Shown one piece after another: positions 42,185 to 53,706 of a stretch of 64,000 nt of DNA (position 1 is the first letter of the stretch; each line of letters starts with the position of its first letter). This DNA comes from Octopus vulgaris (Eukaryota), in assembly GCA_951406725.2 (NCBI GenBank), contig OX597834.1:39928001-39992000 (forward strand). The letters are read 5' to 3'. The position numbers and the translations under genes are program-made. The notes under the pieces are model-generated. The model saw only the letters and a list, made by a program, of their open reading frames with translations. It did not search any database and was not told where the DNA came from.

Positions 42185-42577
42185 CTCTTTTACTCTTTTC
42201 AGTCACGTGACTGTGGCCATGCTGGAGTACCGCCTTTTAGTCGAGCAAATCGGCCCCAAGACTTATTCTTTGTAAGCCAAGTACTTACTCTATCGGTCTC
42301 TTTTGCCAAACTGCTAAGTTACAGGGACGTAAACACACCAACATCGGTTGTCAAGCAATGTTGGGGGGACAAACACAGACACATAAACACACACACACAC
42401 ACATATATATACATATAAACGATGGGCTTCTTTCAGTTTCTGTCTACCAAATCCACTCACAAGGCTTTGGTCAGCCCAAGGCTATAATAGAAGACACTTG
42501 CCCAAGGTGCCACGCAGTGAGACTGAACCTAGAACTATGTGGTTAGTAAGCAAGCTACTTACCACACAGCCACTCCT
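42185..42577 (-). mobile_element. SINE family A, full length
   Basis: Same head, body and tail as 2164-2605. Confidence 0.9.
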
Positions 42578-42580
42578 GAG

Positions 42581-42618
<38 letters not shown>

Positions 42619-42658
42619 GAGAGAGAGAGAGAGAGAGAACGCTGCGTATATGTGCATA

Positions 42659-42702
<44 letters not shown>

Positions 42703-43677
42703 AAAATGGAGATATAGCATTAATATAATTTTTTATCTGCAAAAATCCAATATGTTTTCTTACAGCTGTTTCAATTAAGCCTAAAAGATTACATAGCAAT
42801 AATTTAATCATTATAACAGGCAAAATCTCATCAGAGAGTTAGAAAAGATATGCTGTTAGATTATTAGGTGTTGTGTTATTGAATCATCACAGCAGACTTC
42901 TTCAATTGTTGTATATTAAGTCTATTCACAAGGCTATGGTTAGTCTGGGTTATAGTAGAAGACACTTTGTCCAAGGTGCCACACATGAGGATTGAACCCA
43001 AAACTACATGGTTGCAAACCAAGCTTCTTAACCTCACAGCCATGCCTGTCCCTCTAGCCGAGAATAACTAAATATGTCAGAGAAATTGTAAAAGCTGAGA
43101 TAATGCAAAGAGTTTGACAGAGAAAGACATTATAATGGAGATCTGGTGTATTCTATGATTTTCGTGTAAAAATGGTTTTGATTTTATTCCTGCTAATGTA
43201 GCAAGAATTGGTAAAAAAAAAACAAAGAAAGATTTCTCTGCGAATATAGAATTTGCTATGTACAACAACGAAATAATCTAAAGAAAAATACTAACAACAA
43301 CAACAGCTGCTATTACAACCACCATGATGACAATAACAACAACAAGACCCATAACAACGACAATAATGTCGACAACCACAACGACAGCCGTGATTGTAGT
43401 AATTATGTTAAGTAATGATTATGAGGTTAAAAGCACCTCTGAAACACAGCAGAGAACAAGACAGAGGTGGAGGGGGAGAGAAGGGGGAGTGGAGAGAGAA
43501 GGAGAAAGAGAAGCTGTTTAGCTGAGTCTCTTCTGAGGGGTGTTAAGAGAGGAGGGAGGTAGAGGGAGGGAATGGGGAGAGGAGAGAGAGCGAGAGAGAG
43601 AGAGAGGGTGGGAGAATGTGTTTGGAGATGTGGTGAGAGTGATGGAGTCTGTGTTTAATTACAATCTGTTATGATGA

Positions 43678-43836
43678 CAGAGAGAGAGGAAGAGAGAAAA
43701 AGAAAGGAGAGAAGGGAGGAAATATGGAGAGAAAAGAGGGGTGGATAGAGAGAAAGAGAGAAATAGAGAAAGATAGAAAAGAGATGGAGAAAAAAGAGGA
43801 GAGATAGAAAGAGAGAAAGAGAGAGAGAGAAAGAGA

Positions 43837-43884
<48 letters not shown>

Positions 43885-44050
43885 GGAGAGAAAGAGAGAC
43901 AGACAGACAGAGAGAGGAGAGGAGAGAGAGATAGAGAGGAGAGAGAAAGAGAGGAGAGAGATAAATAGAGAAAGGAGGGACAGAGAGATAAAGAGAGGAG
44001 AGATAGAAGGTGGAAGGGAGGGAAGGAGAAGAGAGCCGAGTGAGAGAAGT
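43678..44050. repeat. Polypurine (GA-rich) low-complexity tract
   Basis: ~370 bp with very few pyrimidines. Confidence 0.9.
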
Positions 44051-44699
44051 GTAGAAATTTGCAAGAAAACAAAAGTGAAAGTGGGTGGGGGGAGGGATGC
44101 GTGTGTCTCCTATCAAAAGGATAAGTTACAGCAAGAGGGTGGTGGGCATGGGGGTGGAGAGGCAAAGAGTCTCTAATATGAAGTGAAAGGGTGTGACAGG
44201 GTGGTGATGGGGGAGGAGGTGGAGTGGAGCGGGGAGTCACATAGGAGTATGGGGGTGGGGGTAGCATGGGTGTGTGTGGGGGTTTCCGTTAAGGGTAATG
44301 GCAGGGGGTTCGTGGTGGTGGGGTGACTTGTGGTGTGTGCAGAGAGCAAGAAAGGGACCAGAATTAATCAGGTGATGGAGGAAAGCAATAGAAATTCTTG
44401 GAGAAATATAACTAGATATGGGGGGGGAAGGGGAGTTAAGGGGGTGGTGGGTTGGAAGGGTGATTAAAATGAGATTGAAGAGACTAGGGACAGACAGACA
44501 GACAGAGAGAGAGAGAGAGAGATAAAGAGTTGAAAAGAGTAAAAAAAAAGAAATGAAGAAAAAAATAACGAGAAAAAATAAAAAGGTAAAAGAATTTTGG
44601 TAAGAGGAATTTTGATAAAATAACTCCATGATGGAGGTAGATTTAACTCAAAGACAGGGGAATCTATCTCCACGACAGAGGAACACAACTGCTTGGTGG

Positions 44700-45968
44700 A
44701 GGATCATAAGGTGCATGATGGGGGAACATGACTGCATGATGGAGGAATATAACATGAAAGGGAGCACAACTGCATGACAGGGAAACACAGCTGCATGATG
44801 GGGGAACACAGCTGCACAACGGGGGAACACAGCTGCATGACAAGGAAACAGCTGTATGATGGGGGAACATAGCTGCATGATGGGGGAACATGACTGCATG
44901 ATGGAGGAACATAACATGATAGGGAGCACAACTGCATGACAGGGAAACACAGCTGCATGATGGGGGAACACAGCTGCACAACGGGGGAACACAGCTGCAT
45001 GCCAAGGAAACAGCTGTATGATGGGGGAACATAGCTGCATGATGGGGGAACATGACTGCATGATGGAGGAACATAACATGATAGGGAGCACAACTGCATG
45101 ACAGGGGAACACAGCTGCATGATGGGGGAACACAGCTGCACAACGGGGGAACACAGCTGCATGACAAGGAAACAGCTGTATGATGGGGGAACATAGCTGC
45201 ATGATGGGGGAACATGACTGCATGATGGAGGAATATAACATGATAGGGAGCACAACTGCATGACAGGGAAACACAGCTGCATGATGGGGGAACACAGCTG
45301 CACAACGGGGGAACACAGCTGCATGACAAGGAAACAGCTGTATGATGGGGGAACATAGCTGCATGATGGGGGAACATGACTGCATGATGGAGGAATATAA
45401 CATGATAGGGAGCACAACTGCATGACAGGGGAACACAGCTGCATGATGGGGGAACACAGCTGCACAACGGGGGAACACAGCTGCATGACAAGGAAACAGC
45501 TGTATGATGGGGGAACATAGCTGCATGATGGGGGAACATGACTGCATGATGGAGGAATATAACATGATAGGGAGCACAACTGCATGACAGGGAAACACAG
45601 CTGCATGATGGGGGAACACAGCTGCACAACGGGGAACACAGCTGCATGACAAGGAAACAGCTGTATGATGGGGGAACATAGCTGCATGATGGGGGAACAT
45701 GACTGCATGATGGAGGAATATAACATGATAGGGAGCACAACTGCATGACAGGGGAACACAGCTGCATGATGGGGGAACACAGCTGCACAACGGGGAACAC
45801 AGCTGCATGACAAGGAAACAGCTGTATGATGGGGGAACATAGCTGCATGATGGGGGAACATGACTGCATGATGGAGGAATATAACATGAAAGGGAGCACA
45901 ACTGCATGACAGGGGAACAGCTGCATGATGGAGGAATAGCTGTATGGTGGGGGAACATGACTGCATGA
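44700..45968. repeat. Higher-order minisatellite: ~8 x 162 bp, each of eight 18-21-bp subunits (CTGCATGATGGGGGAACACAG)
   Basis: GGAGCAC at 44761, 44923, 45085, 45247, 45409, 45571, 45732 and 45893. Confidence 0.97.
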
Positions 45969-46042
45969 CCAATATCTACAAAAATGATACAAAGATTTAA
46001 TGTTGCTGTTGCCCTAGTAGTAGTAGTAGTAGTAGTAGTAGT

Positions 46043-46077
<35 letters not shown>

Positions 46078-46080
46078 TAA

Positions 46081-46120
<40 letters not shown>

Positions 46121-47149
46121 TGCTGTTGTTGTTGTTGTTCTGCTTGTTTACACTGCAACAGACACAGATGACTGATACCTGTTCAGAAATTTCACCAGTA
46201 AAGAGAGAGACATCTAGATTTTAAAGAGAGAACAGACACAGTATGGCTTTGAAATGCACAAAAGCAAATATTTTCACTCTTGTTAAGCTGTTTTTTTGCA
46301 AACCATTGCAAAGAAAATATCAGAAGAATTCCGAACAGAGACTCCAGTTCGTAATGCAAACTGCAGAAACTTCTCTTATAATCGGTCCTTGTCTCCATAC
46401 ATAAACATCTTGAGAAGACAGCATTACTTGACAGGAATTCCATCACAGAATTGTCTCCATTCGTTCTTCGGTGTATTATGACAGCACTAAGTATATAAAT
46501 GGACATCTGTGTTGTGTTTATATATGACAAAGGAAATGATTCTATCGTGGTCATTACCACGAACAACATCGTCAGTTTAATGTCCTCTTTTCCAGACTTG
46601 CATGGGTTGGACAGAATTTATTGAGGCAGATTTTTCTATGGCTTGATGCCCTTCTAGTTGCTAACCCTTACCTGTTTCCAATCAAGGTAATATTTCCTAG
46701 ACATGTTATGTTTTCACAGAGTAATGGAAATGAATGACAACCATTTCCAACAACCATGTGATTTCAAGACAAGGAGACACACACACACAAACATTATCTT
46801 ACATACACAAACACATATTTCTTGCTGCTATAGACACAAGGCTTGATATTTTCAGTGGAGGGGATAATCAATTCCATCAACATCAGTGCTGAACTGGTAC
46901 TAATTTCGTTGACCCCAAAAGAATAAAAGCCAAATTTGAACTTGATTGAATTTGAACTCAAAACATAAAGACAGATGAAATGTTACTAAGCATTGTGTCT
47001 GGAGTGATAACGACCCTGCCAGCTCCACAGTGATCGATAAAAAATTATTTATTTATAGGTTAAGTCCACCATTGGTTTCATGTTAAGAGAAAGCCCTTAA
47101 CAATTATCAAGCCTGCCACATGGAACATTGGTGTTTGATGTTTGTCTCC

Positions 47150-47186
<37 letters not shown>

Positions 47187-47817
47187 CACACACAGATATA
47201 TACATATATAAGACAAGCGTCTTCCAGTTTCCGTTGACCAAATCCACTCACAAGGTATTGGTCAGCCTGAAACTATAGTAGAAGACACTTGCCCAAGGTG
47301 CCATGCAGTGGGACTGAACCTGGTACTATGTGGTTGGGAAGCAAGCTTCTTACCACACAGCCAAGCTGGCACCTATTAGAAAATAATTTTACAAATATTT
47401 TCTTATTTGTGAGAAGAAAAGAAAAATTTATCTTACATAAAAATTCTTTAAATCATTTTACTACCAAAATTCACAGAATTTTATTAGAATTTAGTCAATG
47501 TGCAACAGATAGTGAAAGGAAAACCCCAGTTCTTGCAGCAGTAACAGGGAACTTTGTTCTTGCTTCACGTTACCAAGTTTTTATAAAAACATACGGCTGG
47601 AGGCTTCGTACATCCGCAAAATAATGATAAATCATACCCCCGCCTCTCTTTAATGTCTGAGAGATGCAATGTAACACCAGAATATCATTGCTGAGTATCG
47701 CTTTCCTCTTCTCTTCCAGTTATCTACTGTAGGGAATTTAGAATTGCAGGGATCGAGTGTTTAGTCACTTTGTTTTTGAAGTCATCAGGGTTATCCTGAC
47801 CTTTCTGGGAGAAGATA

Positions 47818-47871
<54 letters not shown>

Positions 47872-47934
47872 GACAGGCTTTTTTCGGTTTCCACCCAACG
47901 GATCTATTCACAGGGCTTTAATCAGCTATATTCT

Positions 47935-48330
47935 TTTATTCTTTTATTCCTTTACTTGTTTCAGTCATTCAACTGTGGCCATGCTGGAGCACCACATTTA
48001 GTCGAAGAAATTGACCCCAGGACTTATTCTTTGCAAGCCTAGTACTTATTGTATCAGTCTTTTGCCGAACTGCTAAGTTATGGGGGCGTAAATACACCAA
48101 CATCAGTTGTCAAGCGATGGTGGTAGGGACAAACAGACACACAAACATATACATATATATACATATATACAACGGGCTTCTTTCAGTTTCCATCTATCAA
48201 GTCCACTCACAAGGCTTTGGTCGGTCTAAGGCTATAGTAGAAGACACTTACCCAAGGGGCCACGCAGTGGGACTGAACCTGGAACCATGTGGTCGGTAAG
48301 CAAGCTACTTACCACACAACCAAACCTGCA
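47935..48330 (-). mobile_element. SINE family A, full length
   Basis: Same head, body and tail as 2164-2605. Confidence 0.9.
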
Positions 48331-49496
48331 CTATATATATATATACATGGCTTAGTGGTTAGGATGGTTAGCTCACAATCATAAGGTCCTGAGTTCAATA
48401 CATGGTGGTGTGATGTGTCCTTGAGCAAGACATTTCATTTTTCATCGCTCCTGTCCACTCACTTGGCAAAAATGAGTAGTACCAGTAATTCAAAGGGGGG
48501 TCAGCCTTATCCTATACCCTGTCACCCTGAATCCCCCTGAGAACTACTTTAAGGGTACACATGTCTGTGGAGTACTCAGCCACTTGCATGTTAATTTCAC
48601 AAGGAGGCTTTCCCATTGATCCAACCAAGTAGTACAGTCATCGTCATAACCAATGGAGTGCCAGCAGTTTAAATACATTCATAAATGTGAGTGTGTGTAT
48701 GTGTGTACCCTTGTTTAGACATCACACAAGGGTTGTAAATGTGGTCGTACAGTACAAGTGAGGGGGTTTATTTGCAATCTTCTATAAAAAAAAAAAACAT
48801 GTCTGGCCATGGGGAAATATTACCTTGCTTAGAAACAGATAAGGGTTAGTGACAGGAAGGGCATCCAGCTTTAGAAAAAATCCCTCTCAACAAATTCTTT
48901 CTGACCCATGTCGACACAAGAAAGTGAAAGTAAGATGATTATGACGATGATGATGATGACAATGTTGCTGCTGCTGTTGTTGTTGTTAAGCAACAAGACA
49001 GGTAAGGGTGATTAGGTGATGGTCTAGGGCTTAGGGGTGAGAGACCCCAGACCTTGGGAAAAAAAAAAAACTTTGGTCGTCTTGTTGTAGTCCAGGGCTC
49101 CTCGTTGACGCCCTGGGAGGTGACCCTCGATTTCGCTGGAAATGGAGATCTCCAGGTCCAAATTCTTGAACGGCTGCTGCTGCTGGTGGTGGTGGTAGGG
49201 GTAATGATGGTAGTGATGGTGAGAGACATGCATGCATCTCGGATCAACAATATTTCATCTCCTTTCCATATATGGACAACCTTCATGAATTAAATATACG
49301 TCTGACTTATCAGCATTGTTGTTAATGCTTATTTCATTTACTTTACAAATGTCGCTAGTCTCGTTTCTTCTGTTATCTCAAAGAAGAAAAAACTAAGAAC
49401 AAAAAAAAGAAAAAACCCAGAAAAACTAAAGAAAAAAAAGACAGACAGAACTGGAAATTATAAACCATGGAAACTACTTCTACTACTTAATATTGG

Positions 49497-49513
49497 TGCT
49501 GCCACCTGGTGAC
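49497..49513 (-). promoter_or_regulatory. Candidate CTCF-binding motif
   Basis: Minus strand GTCACCAGGTGGCAGCA differs from the consensus CCASYAGRKGGCRSY at one position. It sits in non-repetitive sequence. Confidence 0.4.
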
Positions 49514-51092
49514 GGTGAGGGGTAGATTATTATTATTATTATTATTATCATTTTCTTTTTGGTTGGCTTGCACATGTGCATTCAGCAGTCAGCTGTGAAA
49601 CAAGCTGAAAATTGTAAGAAGCTGAAGGCAAGAATGATTTCGAGTGATTGCAGAACATATGCTGTTGTTTTTAGATTCTACTCTCGGTTGTTGAAGAAGA
49701 ATCTTGCTATCATCGTGTAACGAGATGTTCCAAACCAAACCAAACCCTGCCATCATTGCTGCCACACTGAGATAAAAGAAAACTGACTTCAATAAAGTCA
49801 GCCCTACTTTACAAATAATTATATTCCTTCTAGATAGAAAGATAACGGCCCCCAAAAAACATAGACAAAATAAAATGGGAGATAATAACCAATCTTTATA
49901 TATATATATATATACATTCAGAGAGAGAGATTTAATACACATAAATATACACACACACACGTGTATGTGTGTGTATTTATGTGAGTGTATAAATATATAT
50001 ATATATGTAATAATAATGATAATAATAATAATTTACCTAGAACTAAATAAAGTATATGTATATATATATATATATACTCAGAGGGAGAGATTTTATACAC
50101 ATACACACACACATTTATATATATGTATATATGCATGTGTGTGCATGTATATATGTATATATATATATGTATACACACTCACACACACAAAGATTAGATA
50201 GATAGCTATTTCAGTAATTACAAGATTTATTTAAAGAAATACCTAACGTGTATGTATATGTATGTATATATATAATATACACACTAACAGATAACTTTTA
50301 TAGGAAAGCTTATCTGCTAGACTGGCTGCAGTGGCTTAAACCAGTAAGAATATATTGATGAGGAATGATTTGAGTAACAGAAATCAAACCATGGACAGAA
50401 TCATTGGTATGCTGGACGAAACGCTTAGCAGCATATAATCCATCTAAGTTCTGAGTTCAAATTCTGCCAAGGTCAATTTTACCTTCCATCGTTTCAGGGT
50501 CGATAAATTAAGTACCAGTGAAACACTGGGGTTGAGGTAATCAACTAACCCCTCTCCCAAAATTCCAGGCCTTGTGCCTATAGTAGAAAGGATCATTATT
50601 ATTATTATGGAAGACAGCAAGCTGGCAGAATCGTTAGCACACTGGTTGAAATGCTTAGCGGTATTTCGTCTGCCCGTTATGTTCTGAGTTCAAATTCTGC
50701 CGAGGTTGACTTTGCCTTTGTGTGTCTGTGTTTGTCGTCCCCAACATCACTTGACAACCGATGCTAGCGGTTCGGCAAAAGAGACCAATACAATAAGTAC
50801 TGGGCTTACAAAGAATAAGTCCTGGGGTTGATTTGCTCAACTAAAGGCGGTGCTCCAGCATGTCCGCAGTCAAATGACCGAAACAAGTAAAAGAGAAAAG
50901 AGAAAGAGAGGTCTGATCTGACCAGTTTGAACAAAAAGCAGGTAGAACATATGGGCCAGGTCCTTTAAATGCTGAAGGGTTAAATTTTAGGTGCTAAAGG
51001 GTTAAACAAAATGTCTGACATATTTTGTTTAGTCACAAGTCACATGTGATCAACAGGACTTCTTGAAACACCATCTGAATGAAAAATGACCT

Positions 51093-51506
51093 ATTTCTTT
51101 ATTGCCCACAAGAGGCTAAACACAGAGGAGACAAACAAGGACAGACAAACGGATTAAATCGATCATATCGACTCCAATGCGTAACTGGTACTTATTTAAT
51201 CGACCCTGAAAGGATGAAAGGCAAAGTCGACCTCGGCGGAATTTGAACTCAGAACATAACAGCAGATGAAATACCTATTTCTTTATTACCCACAAAGGGC
51301 TAAACACAGAGGGGACAAACAAGGACAGACATAGGTATTAAGTCGATTACATCGACCCCAGTGCATAACTGGTACTTAATTTAATCGACCGCGAAAGGAT
51401 GAAAGGCAAAGTCGACCTCGGCGGAATTTGAACTCACAACGTAACACAGACGAAATACCGCTAAGCATTTCGCCCGGCATGCTAACGTTTCTGCCAGCTC
51501 GCCGCC
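51093..51506 (-). mobile_element. SINE B full copy (51506-51276) plus tandem 5'-truncated repeat (51275-51093)
   Basis: Reverse complement of 13643-13873, followed by a restart at GGTATTTC. Confidence 0.92.
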
Positions 51507-51510
51507 TTAT

Positions 51511-51614
51511 TTTTAAGATGGAATGCTTCACGATTTACGTGTCATCCTTGCCGAGGGGCCATACTAATCTTCTCTGTATCATTCCAATTTTAGTATATGT
51601 ATTGCCAAAGCAAT
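51511..51614 (-). pseudogene. U6: U6 spliceosomal snRNA retrocopy (processed pseudogene)
   Basis: Minus strand ATTGCTTTGGCAATACATATACTAAAATTGGAATGATACAGAGAAGATTAGTATGGCCCCTCGGCAAGGATGACACGTAAATCGTGAAGCATTCCATCTT. The ACAGAGA box is intact, the AGC triad reads AGT, several changes are CpG-type transitions, and there is no oligo-T terminator. Confidence 0.93.
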
Positions 51615-52059
51615 GAAGAATGAAAAATTACCTTCAGTTCTTTAAGCAGTTTGGCCTGCCTGACACTGAATCACATCTCAAGTGGCTCACTTTTCCAAAA
51701 AGTTTGCCCATACCAGATTAAGTTCCTTTGTTTTTTATTCCAATATTCAGTTGTATTGATACATATACAGAAGAAGTACTCAATACCTCCTAAATGTGCA
51801 CTAGGTTCAAATCAGTTTATTTTACATCCTCCTCCACTCTTACAAAAAAAAAGCCAGCTTTGTTTGTGACTAGTAAAAATAAACAAAATACACAGAAAAA
51901 CACAGACACACAACAAAAAAAGAAAATCGATATATTTAATTATATATAGGAATTAATTAATATTGTAAAGGTGGGGGGAATGAGGCTAAATTTGGGGTGG
52001 CTGGGTAAAAATGGTGGTTGTGTGAGAAGGAGTGACTGTAAGGAGAGTGGCTGTGTAAG

Positions 52060-52198
52060 ACAGGGTGGCTGTGAGAGGAGAAACTCTGAAAAGGGGTGGC
52101 TGTGAGAGGAGAAACTCTGAAAAGGGGTGGCTGTGAGAGGAGAAACTCTGGAAAGGGGTGGCCTCTGGAAAGGGGTGGCTATATAAAGCTGTAAGAGT

Positions 52199-52200
<2 letters not shown>
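52060..52200. repeat. ~29-31-bp minisatellite GGGGTGGCTGTGAGAGGAGAAACTCTG(A/G)AA, 3 copies plus degenerate flanks
   Basis: Direct inspection. Confidence 0.85.
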
Positions 52201-52239
<39 letters not shown>

Positions 52240-52940
52240 TATACATATATATATATGTATATAGGGCAATGCAAAGCATACTGTATGAGGGGGTGGGGTA
52301 GCTGTGTGTGGAGGGTGGCTTTTATAAAAGGGGTGGCTGTGAGGTGATGACAGGAATGCAGTGATGGCTGTAGTTGCTGTGTCACCAACTCCTTTGTACT
52401 CTTCCCTCCACCCTCATCAATTCATCATTAACATAAATAAATAGGAGACACACCCACCCACCCCCACCCGCCGGGGGTGGGTGGGAGTAGTTAGATTTCA
52501 AGTTAAGATTAGAGACAGAGATGGCAGCAGGGTGGGGTGAAGAGATTGATAATGGTGGTGGTGGTGGTGGTCTTGGGAGGATGGACTGAAGACTGGAGTC
52601 AATGAGGACAACAACAACAACAACAACAACGGCGATGCCACAGTGGTGGTGATGAAGATGGTGGTGGCGGTGATGATCTTATGGATGGAGGCAAGAAAGC
52701 TTGGATGTATATGAGGGGCGAGGGGGGGAGGAAAGGGGCAACGTACAGAGGTAGAAAATGGGTAGGGGTAGAAGGAGTAGGGACAAAGGGATGGGAGGTC
52801 AGTGTCCTTAGCAACAGAGGTGGACAGATAATTGGTAAGATTAGGGTTGAATAATAATTGGTTAATGGGGTCAGACAGAGAATGTGAGGGAAAGTGAGAG
52901 AGGAGAAAAGGGGAAAGAGAAGAGATTAAGCTAGAGGCAG

Positions 52941-52972
<32 letters not shown>

Positions 52973-52975
<3 letters not shown>

Positions 52976-53190
52976 ACATAAGGGACTAAAGCCATCTGAA
53001 TATGGCTAGGGACAGGGCAGTGGTGGGGTGTTACTGTTGCATTTAGCCCCAGGCGAACATCGACGTCACCAGAAAGGCTCGCGAGCCTTTCTGGTGACGT
53101 CGATGTTCGCCTGGGCAAATGCAACAGTAAACCCCCACCACCCTGCCCTGTCCCTAGCCATATTCAGATGGCTTTAGTCCCTTATGTTAT
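52973..53190. repeat. 218-bp near-perfect palindrome with no spacer
   Basis: Arms 52973-53081 and 53082-53190 are reverse complements except for two small indel patches. Centre is GGCTCG|CGAGCC. Confidence 0.97.
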
Positions 53191-53226
53191 CGAGCAGTTA
53201 CTGTCTATATCCCTTTTAGAGAATTA

Positions 53227-53311
<85 letters not shown>

Positions 53312-53314
53312 AAT

Positions 53315-53492
53315 TTATTCTTTTACTTGTTTCGGTCATCTGAACAAATGGCGATCCCTGGACACTTCTTTAGTTGAACAAATCAATCCCAGGACTTGTT
53401 CTTTCAGCCGCCTTTGCCGTACCAGTAAGTTACAAGGACCTGAACACGCCAGCATCGGTTGTCAAGTGATGGTGGGGTGGGGGGTCAAAAAG

Positions 53493-53526
<34 letters not shown>

Positions 53527-53671
53527 GATGGGCTTCTTTCAGTTTCCATCTACCAAATCTATCCACAAGGCTTTGGTCAACCCAAGGCTAAAGTAGAAGA
53601 CACTGGCCCAAGGTGTCACACAGTAGGACCAAAGCCTTGTGAGTGGATTTGGAAACTGAAAGAAGCCTGTC

Positions 53672-53706
<35 letters not shown>

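Noticed and set aside
44700-45968. Rbfox UGCAUG cluster regulating the RasGAP
   Set aside because: TGCATG is on the plus strand; the minus-strand host pre-mRNA would read CAUGCA.
46192-46569. 125-aa minus ORF in unique-looking sequence
   Set aside because: No recognisable motif or splice signals, and the length is compatible with chance.
51511-51614. Functional U6 gene
   Set aside because: The catalytic AGC reads AGT, there is CpG-type decay, no T-run terminator and no clear upstream TATA, and it is enclosed in a TSD.
52498-53124. 208-aa minus ORF
   Set aside because: It is stitched from the palindrome arm, (TA)n and low-complexity sequence.
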